Positions 50,900 to 63,088 of a stretch of DNA of 64,000 nucleotides are shown here, one piece after another. The notes under the pieces are model-generated. The model saw only the letters and a list, made by a program, of their open reading frames with translations. It was not told where the DNA came from and did not search any database. Each line of letters starts with the position of its first letter. Within the stretch, counting starts at the first letter, position 1. A program made the position numbers and the translations under genes. Source of the stretch: Chara braunii (Eukaryota > Plantae > Charophyceae); assembly GCA_003427395.1 (NCBI GenBank), contig BFEA01000004.1:7422171-7486170 (forward strand), written 5' to 3'.

Positions 50900-53285
50900 C
50901 GCTCCCTGAATGATTTCGTGCCCTTTGCAAACCGTGCAAGGGCTTTGAAGAAGAGCGCCAGGGCTACCCCCCGCCGGGTCCCCCGCGCTGAAGTTCTTGC
51001 TTCATGGCTAACACAGGAAGGATAAGCATGCACCCGCAGTTAGCCAACTGCTGAATGCGGTGGAGACTTCCTGTGATAGCTCCAATTTTTGCTCTCTTAT
51101 CTGAGGAGGAGCAGAAATCTTGGAAGCAATGATACCTGAGCTGCTGATGCTGCTGATGGAGGTCCACGCACTCGTTCTTGATTCTTGGTTCCAAAGGGAA
51201 GCCAATTCCGCCCTCTGTAATAGTGATCTGCGCGCCGACGAAATCAATGGTGTTGGACTCATCATCGGTGCGGACAAGGGAGAGCTTGTGACCGCAACAC
51301 TTGCCAAACCGATCCACGATATCCATGGCTTTCAAATAAGATTGGGACGCTGGACCCATTTTCCAGTACTAGGTGATGCTCCCCACCAATAGATGGAGCC
51401 TCTCCCCAGGTGTTAGTGGTGTCTGCTCTTATCAGCACCACTAACACTGGTGGGGGCGTTGTTTGTAAAAACAAAGCAAAAAAAAAAAAACAGATATCCA
51501 TGGCTTTCTGTACAGAAGCCTTCCCGGGCCTTTCAACGGTTGAAACTTGAAAGCAACCGCCAAAGAAAAGTAACATCATCCATGAATCTAACTCCATGAA
51601 TGAACTTTGTGCCAATGGGAAATCTTCCGATCCTTTCCAAGCGAGTTCAGAAACTCGACTTGAAGTTCGAACTTTGTGCAGAGGAGGCAGGCCAATGCCA
51701 AATGGTGGACTGTCTGAACTCGACTTGAAGTTCGAACTTTGTGCAGAGGAGGCAGGCCAATGCCAAATGGTGGACTGGAATTTTTTCCCCATTGGCACTC
51801 CAATCCTCTGTCGAAGGAGTTTCGCCTTACATGACGTGTAGGTATTTGGCAGTTCAAAGCCTACAAACTGCAGAATGCGGTGAAAACTGATTTTCACATA
51901 TCCTTTCTCAAACATCTTCACTCCCATCGAAACCAACTTAAAGTTTCCTCTTCTGCTCACAGTGACACGATGGTACTATCCTCTCTCTTCCCACGTCTTC
52001 AGTAGCCAGCGAACCGCTTCCAAAATAGCGGCATGCGGCAGTGTTGTAAACGTCTCTTTAATATCAAATCCCCCACCAATCACAATAGTGCTCTCGCCGT
52101 ACAGCAGGTAGTTCAGGATTTTCTCGGCTATCAGGATTGAGGAGGTTTTCCTTGAGAGGCGCAGTAGCTGTCAGGTTGAAGGGCGTGACACCTGCGCAGG
52201 ATCTTGGCAAGCAGGTAGTTCAGCGCCTTATCAACCCAGCGACTACATGTCTTCCTGGGCTCACTGCAGGCTGGCGCAATGGGTCAAAACTCAAGACTGG
52301 AAAACCGTGAGAGGTCTTTGTGTTTGCGAAGGACATAAGCCTTTCTAATCGTCCCTTTACAGTCCCACGTGGCGAGTCGATCCAATCCATGTGTTTTGTA
52401 GTCTTCCTTGTCTATCCAATCCATGTGTTTTGTAGTCTTCCTTGTCGATCCAATCCATGTGTTTTGTAGTCTTCCTTCATCTTCCTCAGTACCGCCTTTT
52501 CATTGTGTGGGACAACATCGTACTAACTTACTAAGCAATGTTCCAAATGAACATCTTATACAACTTCCAACCCCCTCTGGTACAGCAGCGGACACATGAT
52601 AGCCAAGTCCCCAGCATTCCTCTCCACTTGGAGATAGCCAAATCCTCGATGAATTTCATCTTCACCGCTTGGACAAGCTCCTCATCTGCGACGTTTTTCT
52701 TGCTGCAACCTGTAGCAAAGCAGGTCTCTCAGCTGCAAGTCAGTCTTGGACGTGCTCCTTCACTCTGCTCCCTAAACCTGCGGTCGGTCCTTGCCCCTCA
52801 GACAATCGCTGAGTTCTTCCAGGGATGTCTCAAGCTTCGGCCGTGTACCGTTCTTCCCGTTAAGCACCCGCTGAGGTAGGTAGGTTCTCCACCTCCGCTA
52901 TAATTCTGGTACCGATGGTTGCATAGTACCTCGGCCACATTTCTTTGCCTACGCCAGAAAACTTGAAACCCTACCGTCTTCCCCCGAACATAACGCACCC
53001 CAAAAATGAGTGTATACAAGCTATATTTCCGGCCAGATACAGCCAAAATGAGGGTGCGTTGTGTTCGGGGGAAGACGGTAGTTTCTTCCCCAGCAGTCCC
53101 GCAATAGCAGGGTGTAATTCGCAGCAGCTGCTACTAATTTTGCTTAACGGCACCGCCAGCACGTGTGTGAGCTCTCTCTTCCTAATCTCCCCCTACTAGA
53201 CCTTAACCTTGACTGTTATCTTCCTCCGGACATTTACACAAGCCTTCTTCGACACTGCCTTAGCTACGAATTCCTTCAGATTGTT
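50900..53285 (-). mobile_element. Second decayed Penelope-like RT
   Basis: KHKD, PIAPACSEP, GFDIKETFTTLPH, RQRIGVPMGK, LVRTDDESNTIDFVG and KIGAITGSLHRI are colinear with 34503-36702. Interrupted by a MITE and local duplications. Confidence 0.78.
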
Positions 53286-53733
53286 CCTACCGTCTTCCCC
53301 CGATTCGGAACACAACACACCCTTATTTTGGCTGGATCTGGCCGGAAATAAAGCTTGTATACCTTCATTTTTAGGGTGCGTTATGTTCAGGGGAAGACGG
53401 TGGTACGGTGGTACCCTTCCTATAGAAAGTACCAGCACTGCTGTACAAATGCATAAGTTTATCTATAGTCATCCCCGACAGCTCCTTACGTTTGCATGGC
53501 ATCTCCAGTAATGGGCGGAAGTACCTACTACGCACGATACGATATTGTGAAAAAAAAACTTATTCACCCAAATAGAACCCCTGGTCATTACAGCTGTATT
53601 TGGTGCAACTTTCAGTCCAGGTACAGCAAGAATTACCGGGATTTCTGTTATTGTAAGACTTCAGAAGTCTTACAATAATGCGGGAATAAACCTAGCATCC
53701 CATCATGATGACCCAACTTAACATAAAGCGAGA

Positions 53734-53765
<32 letters not shown>

Positions 53766-53784
53766 GAGTAAATTAACAATCATC

Positions 53785-53848
53785 GTGCGCTTGATCCCTC
53801 TGGTCGCAAGTGGCATTCAGGACGTCGTGGGTTCGAGCCCCACAACCG
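53785..53848 (+). pseudogene. tRNA (Leu/Ser-like) 3' fragment
   Basis: T-arm gtggg-ttcgagc-cccac. The 5' half is not recognisable. Confidence 0.4.
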
Positions 53849-53972
53849 CCCGCGGCGCACTTAGTGCCACCCAGCTGTGATACTCCCTTTGATCCCTCTT
53901 ATCGGTATTAGAAGGGGACTTTGGCCAACACGCACGCGCGCGCACGCGCGTGTGTGTGAGTGACGTGTGTGC

Positions 53973-54004
<32 letters not shown>

Positions 54005-54533
54005 CGTGTGTGTACTGCGTGGGAGAGTGTTGGTCTTAGACACTGTTGGGTGTTACTGACGGCGGGGGNGGGGGAGGGGGAGAGAAGCGGAGGGGAGGGA
54101 AGATGAGAAGGGAGGCGCAGCTTATGGCAAATGTTCGGTCCTTGTGTTAGCCGGGCCCCCACCGGCGGCCTGAACCCTGCACCCTAAAGAACTTGGGCAA
54201 GGTCGGAAGGGCCACAACGTGCAATAACTTAAGTTCATCGCCAGATAGCTATGCTTGCAGGAGTCCCCTGTCAAGCCCTAGGAGTAGTGGTAGGTAGGTA
54301 GTGGAAGGTGAATTCAGAGAATTAACCGAAAAAAAGAAGACCATCAGATGCCTCATCTACTCTCAAATGTGTCAGCTCATGTAAGGTGCGAACAGCAAAG
54401 TGAGTACAAGTCTGACCATACACGCTTGTACACATGATCACAAACTCACGGCACAAGATATGGTGTCACCGCCCTGAGGCTCCCTCCTCTACGCTAAAAT
54501 GGAGTGCTGCCCTGAAGACGAAGGCGCCTGGCC

Positions 54534-54583
54534 ATCCCCAACTAGTTTCAGTCGCCGCCAGTTAGCGACCTCATCAGGGGGCT
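54534..54583 (-). ncRNA. Minimal type I hammerhead ribozyme
   Basis: Minus strand: CCCC-CUGAUGA-GGUCGC(UAACUGGCG)GCGACU-GAAACUAGUU-GGGG, with palindromic stem III ACUAGU. Confidence 0.8.
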
Positions 54584-54959
54584 GATTCGAGATGACCAGA
54601 AGCTACAGTGCTACTAAAGTCTACTTAATACTCCGACCCCACGCTCAATTCGACAGGCAAGCACCCGCTACTGCCCCCCGCACCCACTAATGCTGACAGC
54701 TCGGCCTGGTAGCCGTGGCGTCGTTAGGCAAAACCACGTGTTCAGTTCACGTCCAAGGGCCTAGTTACCTTTATGCCACCTGTCCGTACCTGGCCATTAA
54801 TACCATTCAACATTCGTACTCAGAAACACCTACTCTCTCTGGTCCGATATCCGCGGACTCGCGGAAACCTCCCCGGGGGGGCTGCTCGTTCCCCCCCCGC
54901 CAGATTTTGACGGCCGCAGTAATTCCGAAACCACCCGACGGAAACCTCCTAGCTTAATA

Positions 54960-55484
54960 ATACCTTTCTCGGCCTTTTGGCTAAAAATAGATCAAGTGCA
55001 GTATCTGTTCTGATCAGTTTAATTTTATTTATTATTATTTTTTAATATGTCACTTTATATTGCTCAAATGACCCCTGGCCGGTATCGCCCACCTGCGGTA
55101 GCAGGTCTCGCACCTGCTGGTGGGTGCAGCTCCCGCATGTTCCCTCGTTGGAGGCTTGAGCACGGATGTGGCTGCTACGGGTTCCCCGTAATACTATAAT
55201 GACAATAGAAAAGGCCTGAAAGGCCGTCCTGTCCAGATTTGACAGGTAATTGAATTGGTTGGGCTTCAAAGCATTAGCCTTAAAAAAATAAAATAAAATA
55301 AAAAACGGGCCGGGGATTCTCCGGGTAGAATTGTCAGTTTAATATTTGATTCGTGGTTCATCGGGCCACAACGATATTAAATTATTTTTTCTGGGCTTCC
55401 GAGGGGTCACAGGGGTAGGCTTGCCTGCTCGACCCCTCCAGCGTTGCCTCTGTATTGGACTGCAGCCGAGTGCGGAGCAGCCCT
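54960..55484 (+). pseudogene. U2: U2 copy split by an insertion of about 310 bp
   Basis: U2 5' part 54960-55023 and 3' part 55334-55484, with TCAGTTTAAT duplicated at 55014-55023 and 55334-55343. Confidence 0.88.
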
Positions 55485-55599
55485 CAACCGAAAGGAAAAA
55501 AAAAAAACAAGGGGAAACGTTCTACATAGCTTCTCATTTCTCCGCCAGTGATTGAATTCAACACGCGCTATCACTCCCGCCTTCGACGGAGCTGGCTAC

Positions 55600-57550
55600 T
55601 GCGCCGCTCCCTGATGCATTCCCTGCGATCGCAATTGTCTCTTCGTGGTGAGCAGGCCCAAGCCTGCCAGCTCATCAGACGACGGCATGCTCTGTATCCG
55701 ATATCCGATGCAATGTGCACGGTACCATAACTTTCTTTTATATCAATGTAGAAGAAGAAGAAGAAGAAGAAGAAGAAGAAGAAGAAGACTCGAAGTCCTG
55801 AAAAGTACGGTAAGAGAAACCCCCTCCTCTCCGCAAGCCTGAACATTTTTTTTGGGGAAACTTTGGCATGACACCAAAAGTTCATTTGACTTTCCATCCG
55901 TGTCCCCAAAAAGTCCCATGTGCCCTCCGCCTCGTCAGTCCGTTTCAAAATCAAACGCTTATCATACGTCATCTCAAATTTCCTCATGATCTTTTCCCTT
56001 CAAAAAATCCCATGTGCCCTCCCCCTCAACGGGCACCAGGTGAGGATCGTGACATCGTCAATAGGCGTGATGCCCGTGACGCGGCTACGATCGGTACCAA
56101 GACTCGACAAAAAATTAAACTGTTTTATTCATAGCGCACAAAATGCATGCCAATGGGGGGACTGCTGCTCTTTCCCATTGGAATTCCAACGTGCTGCAGA
56201 ACAAGTCGCCGTGCCGCAGATACATACGTCGTGTGTTTCAGCGCAAATTCGACCATACCTCTAATTACTAATTAGCTCAAAACTCACTTCCCACCAAAAT
56301 TCATTGCCGATTTTTTTTCCTGCGAACGCAGCACCTTTAGGCTTTTCCCCTCCTGAGTCCTGACACTCACCATCGATCTTCCTTTCAGCCTGTAGGCCCT
56401 GTGCCACATCAGGAGCCAATCAACGGCCTTCATTATGGAGTCGTGAGGGAGCCAATCAACTAGACATCTCTTTGATGTCAAAAGCCGCACCCACCAACTC
56501 CCTGCCTCCCTTTCTTTTTCTTTTTTTTTCTTTTTTTTTTGCTTTTAAAATTTAAAACAAAATGGCTCCATTCTATTCGTGGGGAGCAGCACGTGTTGGG
56601 AAACGGGCCCAACGTCCCGAAGTGGTCACAATTGGGGCCGGGGTCCCCACAGTCTACCCCCCGCCTCCTTTTCTTGCTCACCCACCTATTTGCTCCAGCC
56701 ACTCGATCCTTCAGTAGCCCTGTAGACAGTGTATTTTTTTTTTTTTTAAAGGGCGACGGCCTTGAGGTATTATCACTGAGCTGACCGGCCCCAGGCAATT
56801 GATTAGTAGTTGGTTTTACTCATCAAGTTCCATCATCATCTGGATTCGAACACAGGTCTGTATTTCAGCAGTTCATGGGTGTACCCACTGAGCTAGGCTC
56901 TTGGGTCCCTATAGACAGTGTAGAGTCTGTGTAGACTTCAAATTGAAATGCATGGACTTCGGCAAAAGAAACAACGGCCAACAGATGATTCAACGCCCTT
57001 GGCACTCTCTTCCCTGCTGTTTTCGATGGTTCCGTGTTCGAGGGGCTACCGTCTTCCCCCGAACACAACGCACCCTTAATTTGGCTGTATCTGGCCCGAA
57101 ATATAGCTTGTATACATTCATTTTTAGGTTGCGTTATGTTCGGGGGAAGCCGGTAGTAAATTAGTAATTGGTCTGAGCCTACAGTCCTTATCTTTGGGGA
57201 ACCTTGGGCAAAATGTAAGCTCGACCATTATTGTGATAGCCTCCTCGCGTCTCCCATCTCCCCAATGAATCCAACCCCCGTCGCTTTATACTCGCTTTTT
57301 CACAGCGGACCAAAAGCCTTAGGTCAGTCTACTTCTCCCATACGGCAGTGAAAACTGTCATTTCCCCTGTCAGTGAACGTGTCTTTCATACCTTTAGCGT
57401 ACACCGAGGGGCACATCACAGCCGTATCAGCTCCATTTCGGTCGATAGCACAGCATTGTCACGGCCACGGCACGGCACAGCCCCTGAATCTTCTGCTCAT
57501 TCCCAACGTGATTCCCTCGTGTCATCGTCCTTCCATTCACACATCCCTCG
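55600..57550 (-). mobile_element. Third decayed Penelope-like RT (may extend to about 58460)
   Basis: AIDRNGADTAVMC, AYILPK, APSNTEP, HFNLKSTQTL, FDIKEM, GIPMGKSSSP and LKRTDEAEGTWDFLG, with several insertions. Confidence 0.75.
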
Positions 57551-57551
57551 C

Positions 57552-57603
<52 letters not shown>

Positions 57604-57680
57604 GTCCTCGAGTATTTACACTGTTTAAGTATTTACACTGGGGCGTTTTGGAAATTGTGTCTTACGTTTCCAGAAAGTAT

Positions 57681-57848
57681 GGGTCTCGCCGCACGGCACA
57701 CGAAACGAAAACGAAACGAGTGCATCTGCCCACGAAAGCTGGCAAAATACACTCGTTACTACTTGTAGCAAACCGATGAACCTGACCATTTTCTGCAGGA
57801 AGATGCACTCGTTTCGTTTTTAGTTTCGTGTCGCGTGCGGCGACGCTC
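57681..57848. mobile_element. Tourist-like MITE family C
   Basis: gggtctcgccgcacg...cgtgcggcgacgctc palindrome with TAT TSD. Confidence 0.7.
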
Positions 57849-58390
57849 TATGTCTTTACAACTGTTTTTAACTGTGGAGTACCTACCTTTTTCCCCCCAA
57901 AAAAAAAAAAGAGTTATGTTAAAAACGTGCTGGTTGAGGATATAGCGTGGGCTTCTTTTCGGTTGTTTGTTTTTGTCATCGCCTCCCATGGGGATTGGTC
58001 TTCTTGTATGGCAATATTTTGTCTTGAGCGTCGAGTTTTTTGTTTTGTTTTGTTGTTTTCCCCTCGCTTTTGCCTAAATTTCTTAACAGAAACTTCCCGG
58101 TCTACGCGCACTCGCTCCAATGCGTCTGAAATGTAATAATCTGACGGCATCGACGGCCGAACCTGGATGAAATTACGTCCAAAGTCCAATGCATAAACAA
58201 GTGAAAATTTGAAGTCCCTAGTTTCGGGGGTATTCCATCAGGCAGACGAAGCGAGAAGAGGTTTCAGCAGAAAATTGTGGTGTGAGGAAGACCAACAGCA
58301 TCCAACTGATCTTCCAAACGCAACCAACTTCTGTGATGCCCATACATTCTGCAGAACTTGCACATTGAGCAAGCCAAAAACAGGAGGAAG

Positions 58391-58428
<38 letters not shown>

Positions 58429-59123
58429 TGTGGTGCGGAAGGAAGCACAAACTTGTGGTGGGGAGTGGAAACTAACGGCATCATGCTCATCTCCCCAATT
58501 CAACCGACTACGGCGTGGGACAATGGGTCCCACCTGCGTGGGACAAAACTGCAGTGCCGTGTCCGCGTCCCTCATCAGCGGGCGGGCAGTCCGAATCTGC
58601 TTTCTGTCTTCCTCTTCTTCTTCTTTTTGATTTTTTTTAACCCGGAGTCTGCTGTCTTTTTTCTTTTTATTTCCCCCCCCCTGACGCCGCTGACGGTACA
58701 CCGTACTCGGGATGGCATTTTATGATTGTGTCATTATTATTATTATTATATTATTATTATTATTTTAATCCAATCCTCTTTGCTATTGGGACCTCGCTCC
58801 TGGTGCAGTACTGGCGAATGAAGTGCATGCCACTGCATGGCCTGTAAAAAAACAGGCAGGGTGATTAAAAACACAAGATAGAAAACAGGCAGGGGTGTTA
58901 CAAAAAAAGGGGGGACGACGTCCCTTATCTTCCAGTTGTGCCTGCTGATGTGGGGCCAAGTCCCGAATTTTGTATATTTGACGGTATCTGATGAAGATCA
59001 TCGGTCAGAAATGAAGCATCCGGTCAAGTGGGACTTCGCCCCTGCAGTGGTACCAGGAAAGTGGGACCAGCCTTATGGGGGGTATCCCTTTTAATTTAGA
59101 TAAACAGGAAATACTCAGAAGTT

Positions 59124-59226
59124 GAACGATACAGAAAAAGAAAAAAAAAAGAAAAAAGAAAGAAGAAGAAGATAATGGGCCCTGCACAAGGATGACACGT
59201 ATAAATAGAGAAATGGTCCAATATTT
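59124..59226 (+). pseudogene. U6: U6 copy with an A-rich expansion in the ACAGAGA box
   Basis: gaacgatacaga-[A/GAA run]-gaagataatgggccctgcacaaggatgacacgtataaatagagaaatggtccaa. Confidence 0.8.
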
Positions 59227-60830
59227 GTTTTATAGGGGTAACTTCACTTCTGATCAGTAGAGTCACAAAATCGAGTTATAATTGCACTATTGGGCAAAAT
59301 ACAGTTTGCAATTGCACTTGGGGTACCCCACCTGGCCACAAAGCTGGCTATACCTTGCCCGAACTGCAATTCGAAACTGTATCTTGCTTGGCCTATAGTG
59401 CAATTATAACTCATTTCTGTGACTCCCTCATAGTTTCCCCGTGTTTTATTTTTTTTTAAATAAAAGAGCAGAGAAAAAGAAAAGATAAAAAATTGGCAAG
59501 TGGGAACACTGCAGTAGCCCTTCCTACGATTTTTTTTTTTTTTTAATTGGTGCTTTATTACTTTGTGACCCTAAATTGGCAAGTGGGAACACTGCAGTAG
59601 CCCTTCGTTCGATTTTTTTATTTTTTTTTTAAATTGGTGCTTTATTGCTTGGCGACTTGGGGTGGATGTGAGCGTGAGACCAAGCCAGCCTGAGGGTGAA
59701 GGAATAGCTGCGGGTGATTTTGGGTGGTGTTCAAGTTGTTCGGGCTTTGGTTGGGGGCCCCTCAGCCTGCTGAGCCTGGCTGGGCCACAGAGAGAAAGTG
59801 TCTTTCTGTTTCTTTTTTTTTTCTTTTTTTTCTTTTTTCTTTTTCCTGTTGGGTGGGGAGCGGGGGGTGAGAGATTGAAAATTCGAGAAGGTGTCTGTCT
59901 TGGCGGGCTGAGTTGTTCCAGCGGGATGTGCCCCACTAAGGGTCATAACAGAGGCTGATGAGTTGGCCTGGGCCGCCGGTATGAGTGATACATTTGACTC
60001 TGATTTTATTTATTTTATTTTTATTTTTTTTTTTATTTCTTTTTTTTTGGAGAAACATATAAACTTTTATTACCATGGTCGAAGAGAACAGGGGCCCGGA
60101 AACCCCACAAATCCCGAAAATAGCTGGGGCCATTACCCAGATTAGGCTCCTGGAAACCGGGTCCAGTGTCCCTTCAACTAGATCAAAGTCCTCCAAAATA
60201 GAAAAAAAAAAAAAGAAGAAGTGGCAAGCACAGGCANTTCACTGAATAGCATCATCCCACTAACCTTGATCCAAGGTGGTTAAGGGGGATTCCTAAGGAG
60301 GGAAGCTAAGACGCTCCCCATGTCCCGCAGGCGACAGCAACCACGGGCAAAACTGTAATCTTCCTACGGNATCCAACTTAACCAACACAGAGTCCCTCCC
60401 CCACGAGTTCCAAAACCACTGCCTGGACTTAGCTGAACCTGGAACTTGCCTTCTCGTACAATCACTGCGAATAAGAAGGCGAATAATATATTTTACTAAG
60501 TATTGAGTAATGAATATCTATTATTATCATATATAATACTAGGCTAAGCTATGTATACGTACGACCGGCCCGCTTCCCGGTGTTGATGATTAACACAGAC
60601 TTATCTTCTTCCCCCGCCCCCCCCCCAAAAAAAAAAAATAATAAAAAAAAATCGAATCATTATAGAGACCTTGACAATATTGTTTTTTATAATTTTTTTT
60701 TTTTTGAAAAGTTCTTTATTGATAAGATATTGAATGAATTGAATCCCGGCCAAGTTGCCAAATTCGTTCGGGCTGCAGGGACTTCCCCCTCTTCCCCCTC
60801 TTCCCCCCTCCCCACACCCACATCCACACG

Positions 60831-60927
60831 GGGCCAAGTCCCACTTGACCGGATTCTTCATTTCTGGCCGTTGATTTTCATGACCTACGGTCGGGAATGG
60901 AGGATCCGGGTAAGTGGGACTTGGCCC
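60831..60927. mobile_element. Tourist-like MITE family D (second copy at 58953-59043)
   Basis: gggccaagtcccactt...aagtgggacttggccc TIRs. Confidence 0.72.
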
Positions 60928-63048
60928 ACGCACTTTTTTTTTTCTTTTTTTTTTTGTAATTCAATCATTCACTAACAACCATCCATAAGAGGAGGCCGGG
61001 GACCTCACAATTCAACCCAGAGTTATCCCGGCAGCATCAGCCGGTTTAGCTTACGGTCCCATACGAGCTGGGGACTCACCATGAAATCTCTCAGAGAAAA
61101 CATCCAAATAACCCAGTCAGACCAATAATCCTCCCATCCTTCATCTGCTCACTTACAATCCTACTGTCATCTTAATATCAAAACAGTGACTACTGCAAAC
61201 GTCTAAAACGACGACCGAGCACTTTTTTTTCTTTTTCTTCACGGACTTTTTTTTTTCTTTTTTTTCCAAAAAGAGAGCAATTTTACGGGTACGATCCGGG
61301 CACTCCGGCCAGGTTCATACCAAGGTCGCATTTTCATTGCACAGGCCGGAAAAAGGGTCTCTGGCGTCCCTCACATCCAAAGCAGAGCTTCTGGCCAAGA
61401 GATAAACTGCCCAACTAAGATCTATACCACCAAACTACCGTCTACTGTATATATGCTCCACATCTCATCTGAGAACAAACCAAAAGCAACATAGCCAGAA
61501 CAGTTGCCAAATTTCGATTGGTGACGGCGACGGGGGCATGAACCTGGCATGAACCTGGCCGGAGTGCGCGGAATCGGCGGATCATGCCATAAAGGTTGCT
61601 TCTTGGAAGGGACACCGTCACACCGGACCCCATTTCCGGCTATGATAATAAGGTTTTGGGCAAAAAAAAAAAAAAAAAAAAAAATCATTGCCAGAACAGA
61701 ATCAAAGACCCATGGGAGCAAGGCTTAGCCCATCCTATTTAGGAAAGTAACCCGAGTTAAAGAGTCCTAGTGCTTATTTTTTTCCTTTTTATTCCCGTGT
61801 CTGGGGACAGTTGCTCCAATCTATTCGTGGGGAGCAGCGCGTGCTGGGAACCGGGACCACCGTTTCACAAAAAATATTACAGAAACAGTTACTGTGTTCC
61901 CTGAGGAGCAGGGGTTATTACAGTGGCATATGCACCGGTAGCCTAGGCCAGCTGGTTAGGCAGGCAAGTGGCGCTCACTGCGTAGCTAGTACTACCGTCT
62001 TCGCCCGAATAGAACGTACGGTCAGTATTGCTGTATCTGGACTGAACGTTGGCTCGAATAGAAGCATAGTGACCGGACGTTCTATTCGGGGGAAGAAGGT
62101 AGATAGGTAGTAGCTGCCAACGAGAGGTGGCCTGTTGGCTGCCCCTTGTGAGCATTAGTAATTTAGTAGGGGTCTCAAGCTAACACAATTGGCTTCTGAC
62201 GTTTTGATGAGGAGGGCTCGGGGTGGAAAGTGATGGGAGGCGCAGCGCCTGGCATGACGGCCTTGGCACGAGCACTACCTCTAGGTCACCGTTGGTGTCA
62301 CACACCCTGAGCCAGGTGAGTCCCTTTGGGGCGGGAGCGGAATGACTCTCAATTTCTCAATCTCTCTCTCTTTTTTTGTTTCTTTTTTTTTTTAAACCGG
62401 CTTCCACNNNNNNNNNNNNNNNNNNNNNNNNNNNNNNNNNNNNNNNNNNNNNNNNNNNNNNNNNNNNNNNNNNNNNNNNNNNNNNNNNNNNNNNNNNNNN
62501 NNNNNNNNNNNNNNNNNNNNNNNNNNNNNNNNNNNNNNNNNNNNNNNNNNNNNNNNNNNNNNNNNNNNNNNNNNNNNNNNNNNNNNNNNNNNNNNNNNNN
62601 NNNNNNNNNNNNNNNNNNNNNNNNNNNNNNNNNNNNNNNNNNNNNNNNNNNNNNNNNNNNNNNNNNNNNNNNNNNNNNNNNNNNNNNNNNNNNNNNNNNN
62701 NNNNNNNNNNNNNNNNNNNNNNNNNNNNNNNNNNNNNNNNNNNNNNNNNNNNNNNNNNNNNNNNNNNNNNNNNNNNNNNNNNNNNNNNNNNNNNNNNNNN
62801 NNNNNNNNNNNNNNNNNNNNNNNNNNNNNNNNNNNNNNNNNNNNNNNNNNNNNNNNNNNNNNNNNNNNNNNNNNNNNNNNNNNNNNNNNNNNNNNNNNNN
62901 NNNNNNNNNNNNNNNNNNNNNNNNNNNNNNNNNNNNNNNNNNNNNNNNNNNNNNNNNNNNNNNNNNNNNNNNNNNNNNNNNNNNNNNNNNNNNNNNNNNN
63001 NNNNNNNNNNNNNNNNNNNNNNNNNNNNNNNNNNNNNNNNNNNNNNNN

Positions 63049-63088
<40 letters not shown>

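Noticed and set aside
55630-55685. CUGAUGA plus hairpin on the minus strand
   Set aside because: There is no properly placed GAAA or stem III, and it lies in PLE coding sequence.
60478-60505. U5 loop-like ttttactaag
   Set aside because: No U5 stem or Sm site.
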